Below, piece after piece: positions 7,434-17,653 of a DNA stretch of 64,000 nt (position 1 is its first letter; the number at the start of each line of letters is the position of its first letter). Below the pieces are notes generated by a model. The model did no database searches and was not told the origin of the DNA. It worked only from the letters and a program-made list of their open reading frames with translations. The DNA is from an uncultured Pseudomonadales bacterium. GTDB lineage: Bacteria; Patescibacteriota; Microgenomatia; UBA1400; PJMF01. Made by a program: the position numbers and the translations under genes. The stretch lies in the NCBI GenBank assembly GCA_964556485.1, contig CAZKVV010000001.1, forward strand, positions 148,551 through 212,550, in the 5' to 3' direction.

Positions 7434-10355
7434 TTAGTCCAGGTTTTCTACAGATGCAGCGACGTCATTTTGAGCAGCACTAGGGTCTTCGCCAGCGTCT
7501 TCTTCAGTCTCATCCAGCTCGCCCTCAATCTGTTTGAAAGTCAGAGCAACAGCAACCACTTGATCGGTGCTCTTGAGGCGCATGAGGATGACACCTTGTG
7601 TTGGACGTGTGAGGACCGGAATTGACTTTTTGGTTAGTGGAAGCTTAATGGTCTGCCCTTCTTTGGTGGTGATCACAACTTCTTTGTGTTCATCGGCTAC
7701 AACCTTGCGTGCACTTGCGACTTTGCCAGTCTTTTTGGTAATTTCAGCCACCTTAACGCCCATTCCTGATCGTTTCTGAATAGGATACTGATCTAGGTCT
7801 GTGCGTTTGCCCATGCCGTTTTCAGTAATAAGTAGCAGCTGACGTTCGGTTGCTTCTTTAGAAAGATCTGTGGTCCTGCTGAGAACTTCAAACCCAACCA
7901 CATAGTCATTCTTTTGTAAGGTTATGCCTTTAACACCCTTGGTATCACGGTTTGAAGATTTTACTTCTTCTTCAAGGAAGCGAATGGATTTTCCATCATG
8001 ACTGATCAACATGATTTCGTCTGAACCATTCGATAGTTGACTGTTCACCAACGAGTCGCCTTCATTAAGTGTGATAGCAATGATGCCGTTTTGACGAATG
8101 TTGTCATAAAGTTTAACCGCAGTCTTTTTAACCAAACCATGAGTAGTTGCTAAACTGATGAATTTTTCAGAATCTTTTTCTGGATCTACTACCAATAGTG
8201 CTTGGACAGTTTCCTCTGGCTGCAAATTAACTAGATTGACCATTGCAGTGCCCTTGGCTTGACGAGATGACTCTGGAATTTCAAAAGCGCGCAACTTAAA
8301 TACTTTGCCACGATTGGTGAATACCAAGAGAAAGTCATGCGTGTTGACTGTAAGTAGTGTGGTGACCACGTCTTCAGCCTTCATTTTTACGCCAATACTC
8401 CCCTTCCCTCCTCTGGATTGAGTCCTAAATGAACCTGGGCTGAGTCGTTTGATGTAGCCAGTTTCTGTAAGGGTAATCACAGCTTCTTCGTTTGCAATTA
8501 GATCTTCCTCTGAGAACTCGCCAACTTTGCCTTTGACCAACTGAGTGCGACGCTTGTCTCCGTAGAGAGCAATGAGCTCGTCAGTTTCAGTCTTAATGAC
8601 AGACAGAATGTTGGTAGGTTGAGATAACAAAGTAATGAGTTGCTCGAGTGTTTTCTTAACAGTGTCGTACTCATCTTCAATCTTTTGACGTTCGAGCGCA
8701 GCAAGTCGTTTGAGTTGCATTTCAAGAATTGCGGTAGCTTGGATGTGTGACAGACCAAACTTTTTCATCAATGCTTCGCGGGCGGCGTCGGTGTCTGCAG
8801 AGCGACGAATGGTCTCGATCACGTCATCCAGGTTGGCAAGCGCAATGAGCAAGCCTTCAAGAATATGTGCGCGGTCTCGAGCTTGGATCAGCTCTTGTTG
8901 GCTCCGTTTAACAATAACTAACTGACGGTGAGCAATAAACTCCATCAAAATTTGCTTGATGTTCATGAGCTGAGGCGTGCCTTCACTACTGAGGGCAACC
9001 ATGTTCATGGAGAAGTTTGTTTGTAGTTCGGAGTATTTAAAAAGTTTGTTGAGCACCACTTTTGGAATGGCGTCGCGTTTGAGTTCGATCGTAATCTGCA
9101 TACCTTTGCGGTCAGAATCGTCATTAAGATCTTTGATACCAACAATCTTTTTATCGCGAACTAACTGCACAATTTTTTGGAGTAATCGAGCCTTATTAAC
9201 CTGGTATGGTAGTTCTGTGACAATAATTTGGAAGCCACCTTTTTTGGTTTCAACAATGGAAGCCTTGGCTCTAACGACAACTTTACCTTTACCGGTTTTA
9301 TACCCTTCAGTAATGGCTTTGATGTCATACATGATACCGCCGGTTGGAAAGTCAGGACCTTTCACATGAGTCATTATGTCATCGATAGTAGCCGTAGTTT
9401 GGAAAATTCCAGCTAGTTCTTCAGGCTGAGTAGCGAGTAGCAAATCGATTTGCGCATGCATTGTTTGAATAGCATCGGCGGTGTGTTTACCAGTTGCCTT
9501 GGACTCTGTGCGCTCTGGCATCACAAAGGTGCTGGTTTCCGCTCTTGCCGCACTTCCAGCAGCAATAACTGCCATGATTGCGGTGCATACTTCAGTAAGA
9601 TTATGCGGTGGAATTTTGGTGGCCATACCTACAGCAATACCCTCTGCACCCATCAAAAGTAAGTTTGGTAGTTTTGCTGGTAGCACGGTTGGTTCTTGTA
9701 GCGAACCATCAAAGTTATCGGTGAATGGAACCGTGTTTTTGTCGATGTCAGTGAGTAATTCTTTAGTGATTTTAGCCATGCGAGCCTCGGTATAACGCAT
9801 AGCAGCTGGACTGTCACCATCGACAGAACCAAAGTTACCTTGACCATCAATAAGCTCGTAACGCATACTAAAATCTTGGGCTAAGCGGACCAAAGCCATG
9901 TACACGGAAGAATCACCGTGTGGATGGTACTTACCCAAAACGTCTCCAACAATACGAGCCGATTTTTTGTAGGCAGTGTTGTAATGAATACCACTGCGAT
10001 GCATGGAGTACAAAATACGTCTGTGCACTGGTTTAAGTCCGTCACGAACATCAGGAAGTGCGCGAGAAACGATCACGCTCATGGCGTAATCGAGATAACT
10101 TTTTTCCATTTCATCTTTAATGGAAATGTACTTGAGTTTACCAAAACGAGAATCTTCAATAGTGCCAACCATGTCACCACCAACTGCAATTGGCGCAATT
10201 TTTGGAGCCGCAGCTAGATCGGTTTCTTCTGTAATTTCACTTTCCTCTTCCTCACTATCTACTTCAGTGGATTCATCCTCGGTCTCAGATTCATCTTCTG
10301 AATCGAACTCGAGCTCTTCAATTTCTTCTAGTTGGTTCTTTTCCTCGTCTGTCAT
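7434..10355 (-). CDS. gyrA: DNA gyrase subunit A
   Basis: [36 protein letters not shown] and GyrA-box QSRGGKG. Confidence 0.98.
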   Translation of the reverse strand: MTDEEKNQLEEIEELEFDSEDESETEDESTEVDSEEEESEITEETDLAAAPKIAPIAVGGDMVGTIEDSRFGKLKYISIKDEMEKSYLDYAMSVIVSRALPDVRDGLKPVHRRILYSMHRSGIHYNTAYKKSARIVGDVLGKYHPHGDSSVYMALVRLAQDFSMRYELIDGQGNFGSVDGDSPAAMRYTEARMAKITKELLTDIDKNTVPFTDNFDGSLQEPTVLPAKLPNLLLMGAEGIAVGMATKIPPHNLTEVCTAIMAVIAAGSAARAETSTFVMPERTESKATGKHTADAIQTMHAQIDLLLATQPEELAGIFQTTATIDDIMTHVKGPDFPTGGIMYDIKAITEGYKTGKGKVVVRAKASIVETKKGGFQIIVTELPYQVNKARLLQKIVQLVRDKKIVGIKDLNDDSDRKGMQITIELKRDAIPKVVLNKLFKYSELQTNFSMNMVALSSEGTPQLMNIKQILMEFIAHRQLVIVKRSQQELIQARDRAHILEGLLIALANLDDVIETIRRSADTDAAREALMKKFGLSHIQATAILEMQLKRLAALERQKIEDEYDTVKKTLEQLITLLSQPTNILSVIKTETDELIALYGDKRRTQLVKGKVGEFSEEDLIANEEAVITLTETGYIKRLSPGSFRTQSRGGKGSIGVKMKAEDVVTTLLTVNTHDFLLVFTNRGKVFKLRAFEIPESSRQAKGTAMVNLVNLQPEETVQALLVVDPEKDSEKFISLATTHGLVKKTAVKLYDNIRQNGIIAITLNEGDSLVNSQLSNGSDEIMLISHDGKSIRFLEEEVKSSNRDTKGVKGITLQKNDYVVGFEVLSRTTDLSKEATERQLLLITENGMGKRTDLDQYPIQKRSGMGVKVAEITKKTGKVASARKVVADEHKEVVITTKEGQTIKLPLTKKSIPVLTRPTQGVILMRLKSTDQVVAVALTFKQIEGELDETEEDAGEDPSAAQNDVAASVENLD

Positions 10356-10382
10356 ATCGTGTGTTTTCTAACTATTGTTGGT

Positions 10383-11327
10383 TTAAGCCAGCGCTTTCTC
10401 TATTGCTGGTGCAATTTCTTTTTTACGTGACATCTTGGGACCAATGTCGAGAATATTGTCGGTAACAGTGCCGCCAAACGCTCTGGTTGCAACAACAGCT
10501 TCATCTTCGCCCATGATGAGTAGCTTAGTATTTACCTTGAGGATATCTGTGATGGCAACGAACAAGAGCGGCACTTGCATCTCCGATTTAACGGTTTGCA
10601 TTGCAGCAAGTAATTCTGCTTTTCTTTCAACTACTAGGATATCTTGTTCAACAGTCTCGAGTTGATCGATCATGGTTTTAGTGCCAAAATCGAACACTTT
10701 GTAATCATTCTTTACAATTTGCTCTATTGTGAGTGAGGAAATATTAGACTTGGCTTTGAAGATTTCAAGCGTAAAAGCGTCAATGTCAGTTACTTCAGCA
10801 ATTGTAGCAAGTTCCATGCCGAAATCTTTGTCTGTTTGCGTGGTTGTTGCTGATTTAAAGCCAACGGTGTCAGAAAGAATTGCAGCAAGCATGAGAGACG
10901 CAATTAATTTATCTGGCACAACGGCACACTGCTTCATCATCCAATACACAATGGTTGAACTAGCGCCCCAAGCCTTGAAAGTCATGAAAACTGGCTGAGA
11001 AAGGTTGAGTTTTGCCTTGTGGTGGTCGACGATTTCAACAATGAGACTTTCATCGAGCCCATCCATACGTTGATCTGCCTCGTTGTGGTCCACTAATACG
11101 ACCGTGTCCCCTTCTGCCAGATCTGCTGCTGAAATAATTCGAGGTGGTGTGACGCCAAATTTTTCGAGTAAAAACCTGGTTTCTGGATTAAGTTCCTCGG
11201 TGATAGCTGCCATTGGATTGGTATATCCAAAGCAGTCTTGTTGTTTAAAAAGAAACTCAAGTGCCATAGGGGCAACTACTGCATCTGTATCTGGTTTTTT
11301 GTGGCCTAAAATGTAGGTGGTTGGCAT
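10383..11327 (-). CDS. ppaC: Mn-dependent inorganic pyrophosphatase (family II, DHH)
   Basis: GHKKPDTD, LVDHNE, VDHH, AILSDT and SRKK motifs; start MPTTYILG after AGGAGG. Confidence 0.93.
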   Translation of the reverse strand: MPTTYILGHKKPDTDAVVAPMALEFLFKQQDCFGYTNPMAAITEELNPETRFLLEKFGVTPPRIISAADLAEGDTVVLVDHNEADQRMDGLDESLIVEIVDHHKAKLNLSQPVFMTFKAWGASSTIVYWMMKQCAVVPDKLIASLMLAAILSDTVGFKSATTTQTDKDFGMELATIAEVTDIDAFTLEIFKAKSNISSLTIEQIVKNDYKVFDFGTKTMIDQLETVEQDILVVERKAELLAAMQTVKSEMQVPLLFVAITDILKVNTKLLIMGEDEAVVATRAFGGTVTDNILDIGPKMSRKKEIAPAIEKALA

Positions 11328-11346
11328 GTTCCTCCTTCTGAATGTT

Positions 11347-13362
11347 CTATACGTCAATTTCTGCTAATTTTGCATGCGTCTGGATGAAGCGTTTGCGTGG
11401 AGCCACATCGTCACCCATGAGTGTGGTGAAGGTTGTGTCTGCATGGTGCGCATCTTCAATAGTGACACGTTTAAGCATTCTGGTTTGTGGATTCATGGTT
11501 GTGTCCCAGAGTTGCTCTGGGTTCATTTCTCCCAAACCTTTGTAGCGTTGAATGCCAATGTTTGCAGTTGGATTTTGTGCCTTAATTTCAGCTACTTTGG
11601 TGTTGCGCTCTTCTTCACTATAAACGTAGTGATCGGTCTTTCCGTAGTTCACCTTGAAGAGTGGTGGCATTGCGATATAGAGGTAGCCTTGTTGTACAAC
11701 CTCTGGTAAATGACGGAAAAAGAAAGTCAGACCAAGTGTTGTAATATGCTCACCGTCAACGTCAGCGTCATTCATAAGAATAATGCGATGATAACGAAGT
11801 TTGTCTGGGTCAAAGGTTTCGCCGATACCAGCTCCAAGGGCAATAACCAAGTTTTTGAGTTCTTCGAAAGCCACAATTTTGTCGAGGCGTGCGCGCTCGG
11901 TGTTAAGGATTTTTCCTCTGAGTGGGAAAATAGCTTGGAACTTGCGGTCTCTTCCCTGTTTTGCGGAGCCACCTGCAGAGTCACCCTCTACAATGTAAAT
12001 TTCTGAATCTGCGGCAATTTTACTTTGACAGTCTGCCAATTTTCCTGGCAATGAGCCGGTTTCGAAGACGCCTTTGCGGATAACGGCATCTTTGGCGGCG
12101 CGAGCAGCCATGCGAGCGCGAGCTGAGAGCATCACCTTCTCGATGATAACCTTACCAGCTTGAGGATCTTCTTCGAGGAATGTTTCAAATCCTTCTTTAA
12201 AAATGGAGTACACAGCCGATTGGGCTTCACCATTATTCAATTTTGTTTTGGTTTGAGATTCAAACTGCAAGTCATTTGATGGCATTTTGACAAACACCAC
12301 TGCCGAAAGGCCTTCTTTTAAGTCTTCAGCAGAAAAACTTTCTTTATCTTTTACCAACCCATGATCTTTAGCATATTTTCTCAGCACATTACTCAAAGCT
12401 GTTCTAAAACCATTGACGTGGGCACCGCCATCTGCAGTGTGAATCACGTTTACGTACGATTCGAGTCGTTCAGTGTAGGTGTCGTTGTACTGCACGGCAA
12501 TTTCAACGCCAATCCCCTTCCCTGTGTTTTCATCAACCCATCTGCCTTCGGTGTACATTACTTTATGGAGTGGTTTTTTGCTCATGTTTATATGTTCAAC
12601 CAATGAACGGATACCACCTTCAAAGTAGTAGTGCTCTTCTGTGGCATCGATAGTGTCTATATATTGAAAATAAATGCCAGCCATGAGGTAGGCACGGTCC
12701 TTTATGATGCTGACCAAGGTCCTGTGACTAAAGCCGGTTGTTGAAAAAATGGTAGAGTCAGGAATGAACTGCAGCATTGTGCCATTTTGATATGTTACGA
12801 AACGTTTTGATTCAATTGGAAATAGATCTAACACTTTTTTTTCTGAAATTTTGGCAACTTCAGCTAATGGATTACCTTGTGAGTAGTATTGGTAGTAATA
12901 TGCTTTGTCTCTCTTAACAACAACTTGTAGTAAATTTGAGAGTGCGTTTACTGCCGAAGAACCAACACCATGGAGTCCACCTGAAGCTTGGTAGGCGGTT
13001 TCCTCAAACTTGCCACCAGCATGTAATTTAGTGAGTACTACTTGTAGTGCAGACACACCTGAACTGTGCATATCAACCGGGATACCACGGCCATTATCGA
13101 CAACGGTAATTGCTTCTTTTTCAGTGAGGGTTTTACCTGCCAATTTACTATGGTGTTCGGTGACTGGAGAACGGAATAATTGGATGCCTTTGCCAAAGCC
13201 AGCAATTGCTTCGTCAACAGCGTTATCGAGGATTTCTTTTGCGAGGTGATGTAGCCCACGTGCGTCCGTGGAACCAATGTACATACCCGGTCGCTTGCGC
13301 ACCGGCTCAAGTCCCTCAAGGACCTTGATTTCTGAGGCTTGGTAACTTGCTTGTTTGGACAT
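11347..13362 (-). CDS. gyrB: DNA gyrase subunit B
   Basis: LEPVRKRPGMYIG, LHAGGKF, VEGDSAGGS, DADVDG and RYKGLGEMNP. Confidence 0.98.
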   Translation of the reverse strand: MSKQASYQASEIKVLEGLEPVRKRPGMYIGSTDARGLHHLAKEILDNAVDEAIAGFGKGIQLFRSPVTEHHSKLAGKTLTEKEAITVVDNGRGIPVDMHSSGVSALQVVLTKLHAGGKFEETAYQASGGLHGVGSSAVNALSNLLQVVVKRDKAYYYQYYSQGNPLAEVAKISEKKVLDLFPIESKRFVTYQNGTMLQFIPDSTIFSTTGFSHRTLVSIIKDRAYLMAGIYFQYIDTIDATEEHYYFEGGIRSLVEHINMSKKPLHKVMYTEGRWVDENTGKGIGVEIAVQYNDTYTERLESYVNVIHTADGGAHVNGFRTALSNVLRKYAKDHGLVKDKESFSAEDLKEGLSAVVFVKMPSNDLQFESQTKTKLNNGEAQSAVYSIFKEGFETFLEEDPQAGKVIIEKVMLSARARMAARAAKDAVIRKGVFETGSLPGKLADCQSKIAADSEIYIVEGDSAGGSAKQGRDRKFQAIFPLRGKILNTERARLDKIVAFEELKNLVIALGAGIGETFDPDKLRYHRIILMNDADVDGEHITTLGLTFFFRHLPEVVQQGYLYIAMPPLFKVNYGKTDHYVYSEEERNTKVAEIKAQNPTANIGIQRYKGLGEMNPEQLWDTTMNPQTRMLKRVTIEDAHHADTTFTTLMGDDVAPRKRFIQTHAKLAEIDV

Positions 13363-13643
13363 ACGACTGCTCTCTTATTAGCTCTATCAGAACCACTTTT
13401 ATACCACAACTAGATAGCAAACACAAAACTAACTTTCTGCCGAAAATCGGCCATTACAGAGGTTGATATTATCACAGTTTTATCTGGCATACTAGATGAG
13501 CAGTTTAAATATGCAATAAACGGTCTGTTTGCGAGTTGAAATGCTGATTCTTCAACGTTATCAATCTATAAGGTACTATATCAAAACATATATGAATGTA
13601 TAAAAATGATTGATGTAGCGCACAGAACAAATAATGCCCTGTA

Positions 13644-13670
13644 TTAGCAGTCAAGTTGATAGACTGCTAA
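13644..13670. promoter_or_regulatory. CIRCE-like inverted repeat (putative HrcA operator), copy 1
   Basis: TTAGCAGTC-N9-GACTGCTAA versus CIRCE consensus TTAGCACTC-N9-GAGTGCTAA. Confidence 0.6.
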
Positions 13671-13710
13671 TTGCCTGTTCCATTCTAGTTTCTCTCCAAA
13701 CAGAATGGCG

Positions 13711-14403
13711 CTAACTTGGAAGTGAAAAAAGTGCTGTTTCGACAACGAGTTGAGGGTTGCAGTTGGCAGCTAATCTGCGGTTGAGTGTGAGTAGAATATG
13801 TACCGTTTTTTGTAGCTCTTTTTTGTCTGGATTCTGTTGAACTGCAGCATGAAAAAAACGCAGTGCTTGGTGACAAAATGCAGTTGCTGTCTCTCTTTCT
13901 TTTAGTTGTAGGGCGAGGTCGATTTTTTCAAGTACTGTCAGTGATAAAAGGTTTGAAAGAGCTGGATGTTCTGGGATTGGTGATTGGCCAGTCTTGTCAT
14001 CAGTTTTGCTCGCTTTGTAATACACCAATGTGCACCTTGATTTGAGTGTTTCGAGCAGTGGTGCGGTGGTGGTAGTTACTAGAACTAAGAGTGTGTGAGT
14101 CGGTGGTTCTTCGAGCTGTTTGAGCAGCGCATTTTGTGCAGGAATCGTGGCTGTTTGAAACTGTTCAATTACATACACCTGTGGTTGCGAAGCTACAGCT
14201 GCGAAACTGAGTTGGGTTTGTAGTTTTCGCGCATCTTCAATTTTGAAACCTTCAGCAGAAGCATAGAGAGTGATGACTGGTTTAATCTCGTTCGTTTTGA
14301 AAGTTGCCAGTATTTCTTGGACATGTTGCAACCCTGCGGCTTCGTGATCAACGCTCGGGACATCGGTGACGATTAGTGGTGTAAAAAAGTGTGCGGAACT
14401 CAT
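13711..14403 (-). CDS. DNA polymerase III delta-prime-like subunit (reduced)
   Basis: AQNALLKQLEEPP and LETLKSRC clamp-loader motifs. Confidence 0.8.
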   Translation of the reverse strand: MSSAHFFTPLIVTDVPSVDHEAAGLQHVQEILATFKTNEIKPVITLYASAEGFKIEDARKLQTQLSFAAVASQPQVYVIEQFQTATIPAQNALLKQLEEPPTHTLLVLVTTTTAPLLETLKSRCTLVYYKASKTDDKTGQSPIPEHPALSNLLSLTVLEKIDLALQLKERETATAFCHQALRFFHAAVQQNPDKKELQKTVHILLTLNRRLAANCNPQLVVETALFSLPS

Positions 14404-14470
14404 GTGGTTTGTTTATATCATGTGACAGCTATTGTTGCGCTGTAGCTTTTCCATTATAGTAGTATGAGTT

Positions 14471-16570
14471 ATGCAAGATCCTGCCCAAGATCAAAAACCA
14501 CTTGCTATTCCGGAAAACAAACCTGTCAACAGTATGGGTGGCATTGGTGGACCGGTAAATGACGCGGTTACTCCTCAAACAAGTGACCCAATGATGACCG
14601 ATGATGTGACTATGGCAGTGTCAACAGATGCTGATGCCGCGATTGTTCCAGAAATACTGGTAACGCCAGTTGCTGAAGTTGCAGCGGATCCACCTACTTT
14701 TGCTGCTCCCACCCTCGAACCTCCTCTCATGCCTGTTGTTGAACCTGTTCCACTTCCACTTACCCCTGATGCGGCGATTGCTGCGCTTCCGGTTCCCCCA
14801 GTAGCCGACCCAACTGCAACATTGCCCGGTCTGAGTGGTATGCCAAATACCATTTTAGATATTTTGCTTACCAAGGGCAGCATCACCCAAGATGCATTCA
14901 ACCAAATTACTGTTGAGCATATTAGTACCGGTGCACCTGTTGAATTGATTCTTTCAGATAAAAATTACGCTTCTGAAGAAGACATCACCCGCGCGAAGTC
15001 TGAACTCAATAACATTCCATTTGTAAAGATTTCCGAGTCCGGTAACGATCCACAGGCGCTCACCCAACTTCCAGAGAGTGTGGCTCGTACCTATAAAATG
15101 TTGCCGATTTCCTACGATAAGGCCGAAAACCACATGGTTGTGGCGATGATTAACCCGTTGGATTTGGCGGCTATCGACTTTGCTGAGAAGAAATCGGGCG
15201 TTCGCATTGATGCCAGGTATGCCATGCCGAGTGAACTCGAGCGTAGTTTAGCCGAGCACTATTCACAATCGCTTTCAAGTGAAGTTACCGCTGCCTTGGA
15301 GGAAACCACCCAAGTTGCGGATACCAAGCAGCGTAAACAAGATTTTTCCGAACTATCAGGTGAAACCATTCGCCAAGCCCCTATTACCAAGATCGTGCAC
15401 ACTATTGTTGAGTTTGCTATGAAGGCACTCGCTTCAGACATTCACATTGAACCTCAAGATGGTCGAACTCGCGTGCGATATCGTATAGACGGTATTTTGC
15501 AAGAAAAGTTGATTCTCCCCTCCTCTGTGCATGATGCCGTGGTTTCCAGAATTAAAATTTTGTGTAATTTGAAGATAGATGAAAAACGCGTGCCTCAAGA
15601 TGGTCGCTTTAACTTCCGTGAGAATGATCAAGAAGTTGACCTTCGTGTGTCAACGTTGCCAACCATTCATGGTGAGAAGATCGTGATGCGTCTACTAAAG
15701 AAGGATGAGTCGGTCCCTGAGCTCCCAGATCTTGGTTTGACCGGCCTCGCCCTTCGCCAGGTACAAGATGCGAGTAAGGTTCCTCACGGCATTGTCTTAG
15801 TTACTGGTCCTACTGGTTCTGGTAAAACTACGACCCTATATTCGGTACTACATAGAATTAATTCACCAAAAGTGAATATTATGACGCTCGAAGATCCGGT
15901 TGAGTACCAAATGATTGGTGTGAATCAGGTCCAGATTAATCCTCAAGCGGGCCTATCTTTTGCATCTGGTTTGAGATCCTTCCTTCGTCAAGACCCCAAT
16001 GTGATCATGGTGGGAGAAATTCGTGATTCAGAGACTGCCGAGCTGGCTATTCAAGCTGCACTCACTGGTCACTTGGTCTTTTCTACCCTACACACGTCTT
16101 CGGCAGCCGGTGCGTTGCCTCGTTTACTTGACATGGGTGCTGAGCCATTCTTGTTAGCTTCATCTATGACTTTGGTGATGGCCCAGCGTGTGGTTCGAAA
16201 AATTCATGCTGATTACAAAGAGGAATATGTTCCCGAGAAAGCCGTTCTTGATGATATCAGAAAGGTGTTAGGTGAAAAATTCGATCAATGGTGCAAGACC
16301 AAGGGAGTGAAGCCAGAAGAAATAAAGTTATACCGTGCTAAGAAAGATCGGCCACAAACTGAGCCAGAATATAAGGGGCGTATTGCTATTTTTGAGGTCA
16401 TGCAAATCACTGAAGGTATTGCAAAGCTTATTTTGGAACGACAGCCTGCATCTGAAATGGAGAAACTTGCAATGAAAGATGGTATGCTGTTAATGAAACA
16501 AGACGGCTATATCAAGGCTCTTGAAGGTATGACTACTATTGAAGAAGTACTGCGTGTAGCTCAGATTTAA
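14471..16570 (+). CDS. pilB: Type IV pilus assembly ATPase PilB (GspE/PulE family)
   Basis: ASDIHIEP, PQDGR, GPTGSGKTTTLY, LRQDPNVIMVGEIRD and TGHLVFSTLHT; Pro/Ala-rich N-terminal extension. Confidence 0.95.
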   Translation: MQDPAQDQKPLAIPENKPVNSMGGIGGPVNDAVTPQTSDPMMTDDVTMAVSTDADAAIVPEILVTPVAEVAADPPTFAAPTLEPPLMPVVEPVPLPLTPDAAIAALPVPPVADPTATLPGLSGMPNTILDILLTKGSITQDAFNQITVEHISTGAPVELILSDKNYASEEDITRAKSELNNIPFVKISESGNDPQALTQLPESVARTYKMLPISYDKAENHMVVAMINPLDLAAIDFAEKKSGVRIDARYAMPSELERSLAEHYSQSLSSEVTAALEETTQVADTKQRKQDFSELSGETIRQAPITKIVHTIVEFAMKALASDIHIEPQDGRTRVRYRIDGILQEKLILPSSVHDAVVSRIKILCNLKIDEKRVPQDGRFNFRENDQEVDLRVSTLPTIHGEKIVMRLLKKDESVPELPDLGLTGLALRQVQDASKVPHGIVLVTGPTGSGKTTTLYSVLHRINSPKVNIMTLEDPVEYQMIGVNQVQINPQAGLSFASGLRSFLRQDPNVIMVGEIRDSETAELAIQAALTGHLVFSTLHTSSAAGALPRLLDMGAEPFLLASSMTLVMAQRVVRKIHADYKEEYVPEKAVLDDIRKVLGEKFDQWCKTKGVKPEEIKLYRAKKDRPQTEPEYKGRIAIFEVMQITEGIAKLILERQPASEMEKLAMKDGMLLMKQDGYIKALEGMTTIEEVLRVAQI

Positions 16571-16578
16571 GGAGAATT

Positions 16579-17640
16579 ATGAATATAATGGATATTTTGC
16601 AGCAGCTCGTAGACATGGAAGGCTCTGATGTCCACTTGGTGGTTGGTACACCACCGATGCTGCGTGTGCATGGCAAGTTGTTTCCGGTTGAAGGTGCGCC
16701 CGTCTTGGGTAAAGCTGAAGCCGAAGCGCTCATCCATCCACTCCTTACTCAAGAACAAAAAGATTACATTGGGGTTAATAAAGAACTTGACTTTGGCTAT
16801 CAGTTTAAAGATCATGGTCGGTTTAGAATTAACGTCTACCACGCTAAAAATGCGGTTGCCGCCGCCCTACGTTTAATTCCAAGTAAAATAAAATCATTAG
16901 AAGATCTCCAGCTTCCTTCAATTTTTCAAGATTTTACCAACTACAGACAGGGACTCGTTTTGATTACGGGTCCAACTGGTGAAGGAAAGTCCACTTCTCT
17001 TGCTGCGATGATTCAGCGCATCAATGAGACTCGTGCTGAGCATATTGTTACGATCGAAGATCCAGTTGAGTTTCTTTATACGCCAGTAAAGAGTGTGATC
17101 TCACAGCGCGAAATTAACCAAGATACGCATGGTTGGGACATAGCACTCAAATCGGTGCTTCGTGAAGATCCAGATGTGGTATTGATTGGTGAAATGCGTG
17201 ACTATGAAACAATTGCAGCTGCAGTTACTATTGCTGAAACAGGCCACTTAGTTTTTGCCACCTTGCATACCGCAACCGCTGCCCAAACGATCGACCGTAT
17301 CATTGACGTTTTTCCTGGTCATCAACAGGGACAAATTCGCCAACAACTTGCTGCTACACTGGTAGCCATTGCTTCTCAGCGCTTGTTGCCAAATACCAGC
17401 GGCGGACGCATTGCGGCACTTGAGATCATGGTTGCTAACCCTGCTATTCGAAATCTCATTCGTGAGGCTAAGACGCATCAGATCGATAATGTCATGCAAA
17501 CTTCAGCCGGTGCCGGAATGGTGCTGATGGAACATCACCTGCAACAGCTGGTTCAACGAGGCTCTGTGAGCAGAGACGTTGCTAAGGAGTATGCATTCAG
17601 AAAAGAAGATATTGATAGACTCTTAGGTATATCTGGATAA
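16579..17640 (+). CDS. pilT: Type IV pilus retraction ATPase PilT
   Basis: GPTGEGKSTSLA, LREDPDVVLIGEMRD, AETGHLVFATLHT and the PilT AIRNLIRE motif. Confidence 0.96.
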   Translation: MNIMDILQQLVDMEGSDVHLVVGTPPMLRVHGKLFPVEGAPVLGKAEAEALIHPLLTQEQKDYIGVNKELDFGYQFKDHGRFRINVYHAKNAVAAALRLIPSKIKSLEDLQLPSIFQDFTNYRQGLVLITGPTGEGKSTSLAAMIQRINETRAEHIVTIEDPVEFLYTPVKSVISQREINQDTHGWDIALKSVLREDPDVVLIGEMRDYETIAAAVTIAETGHLVFATLHTATAAQTIDRIIDVFPGHQQGQIRQQLAATLVAIASQRLLPNTSGGRIAALEIMVANPAIRNLIREAKTHQIDNVMQTSAGAGMVLMEHHLQQLVQRGSVSRDVAKEYAFRKEDIDRLLGISG

Positions 17641-17653
17641 ATAAAGTAGCATT

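Noticed and set aside
7302-7625. 107-aa plus-strand ORF, and the TTG-extended start of miaB at 53793
   Set aside because: Both are antisense readings over tRNA genes or gyrA.
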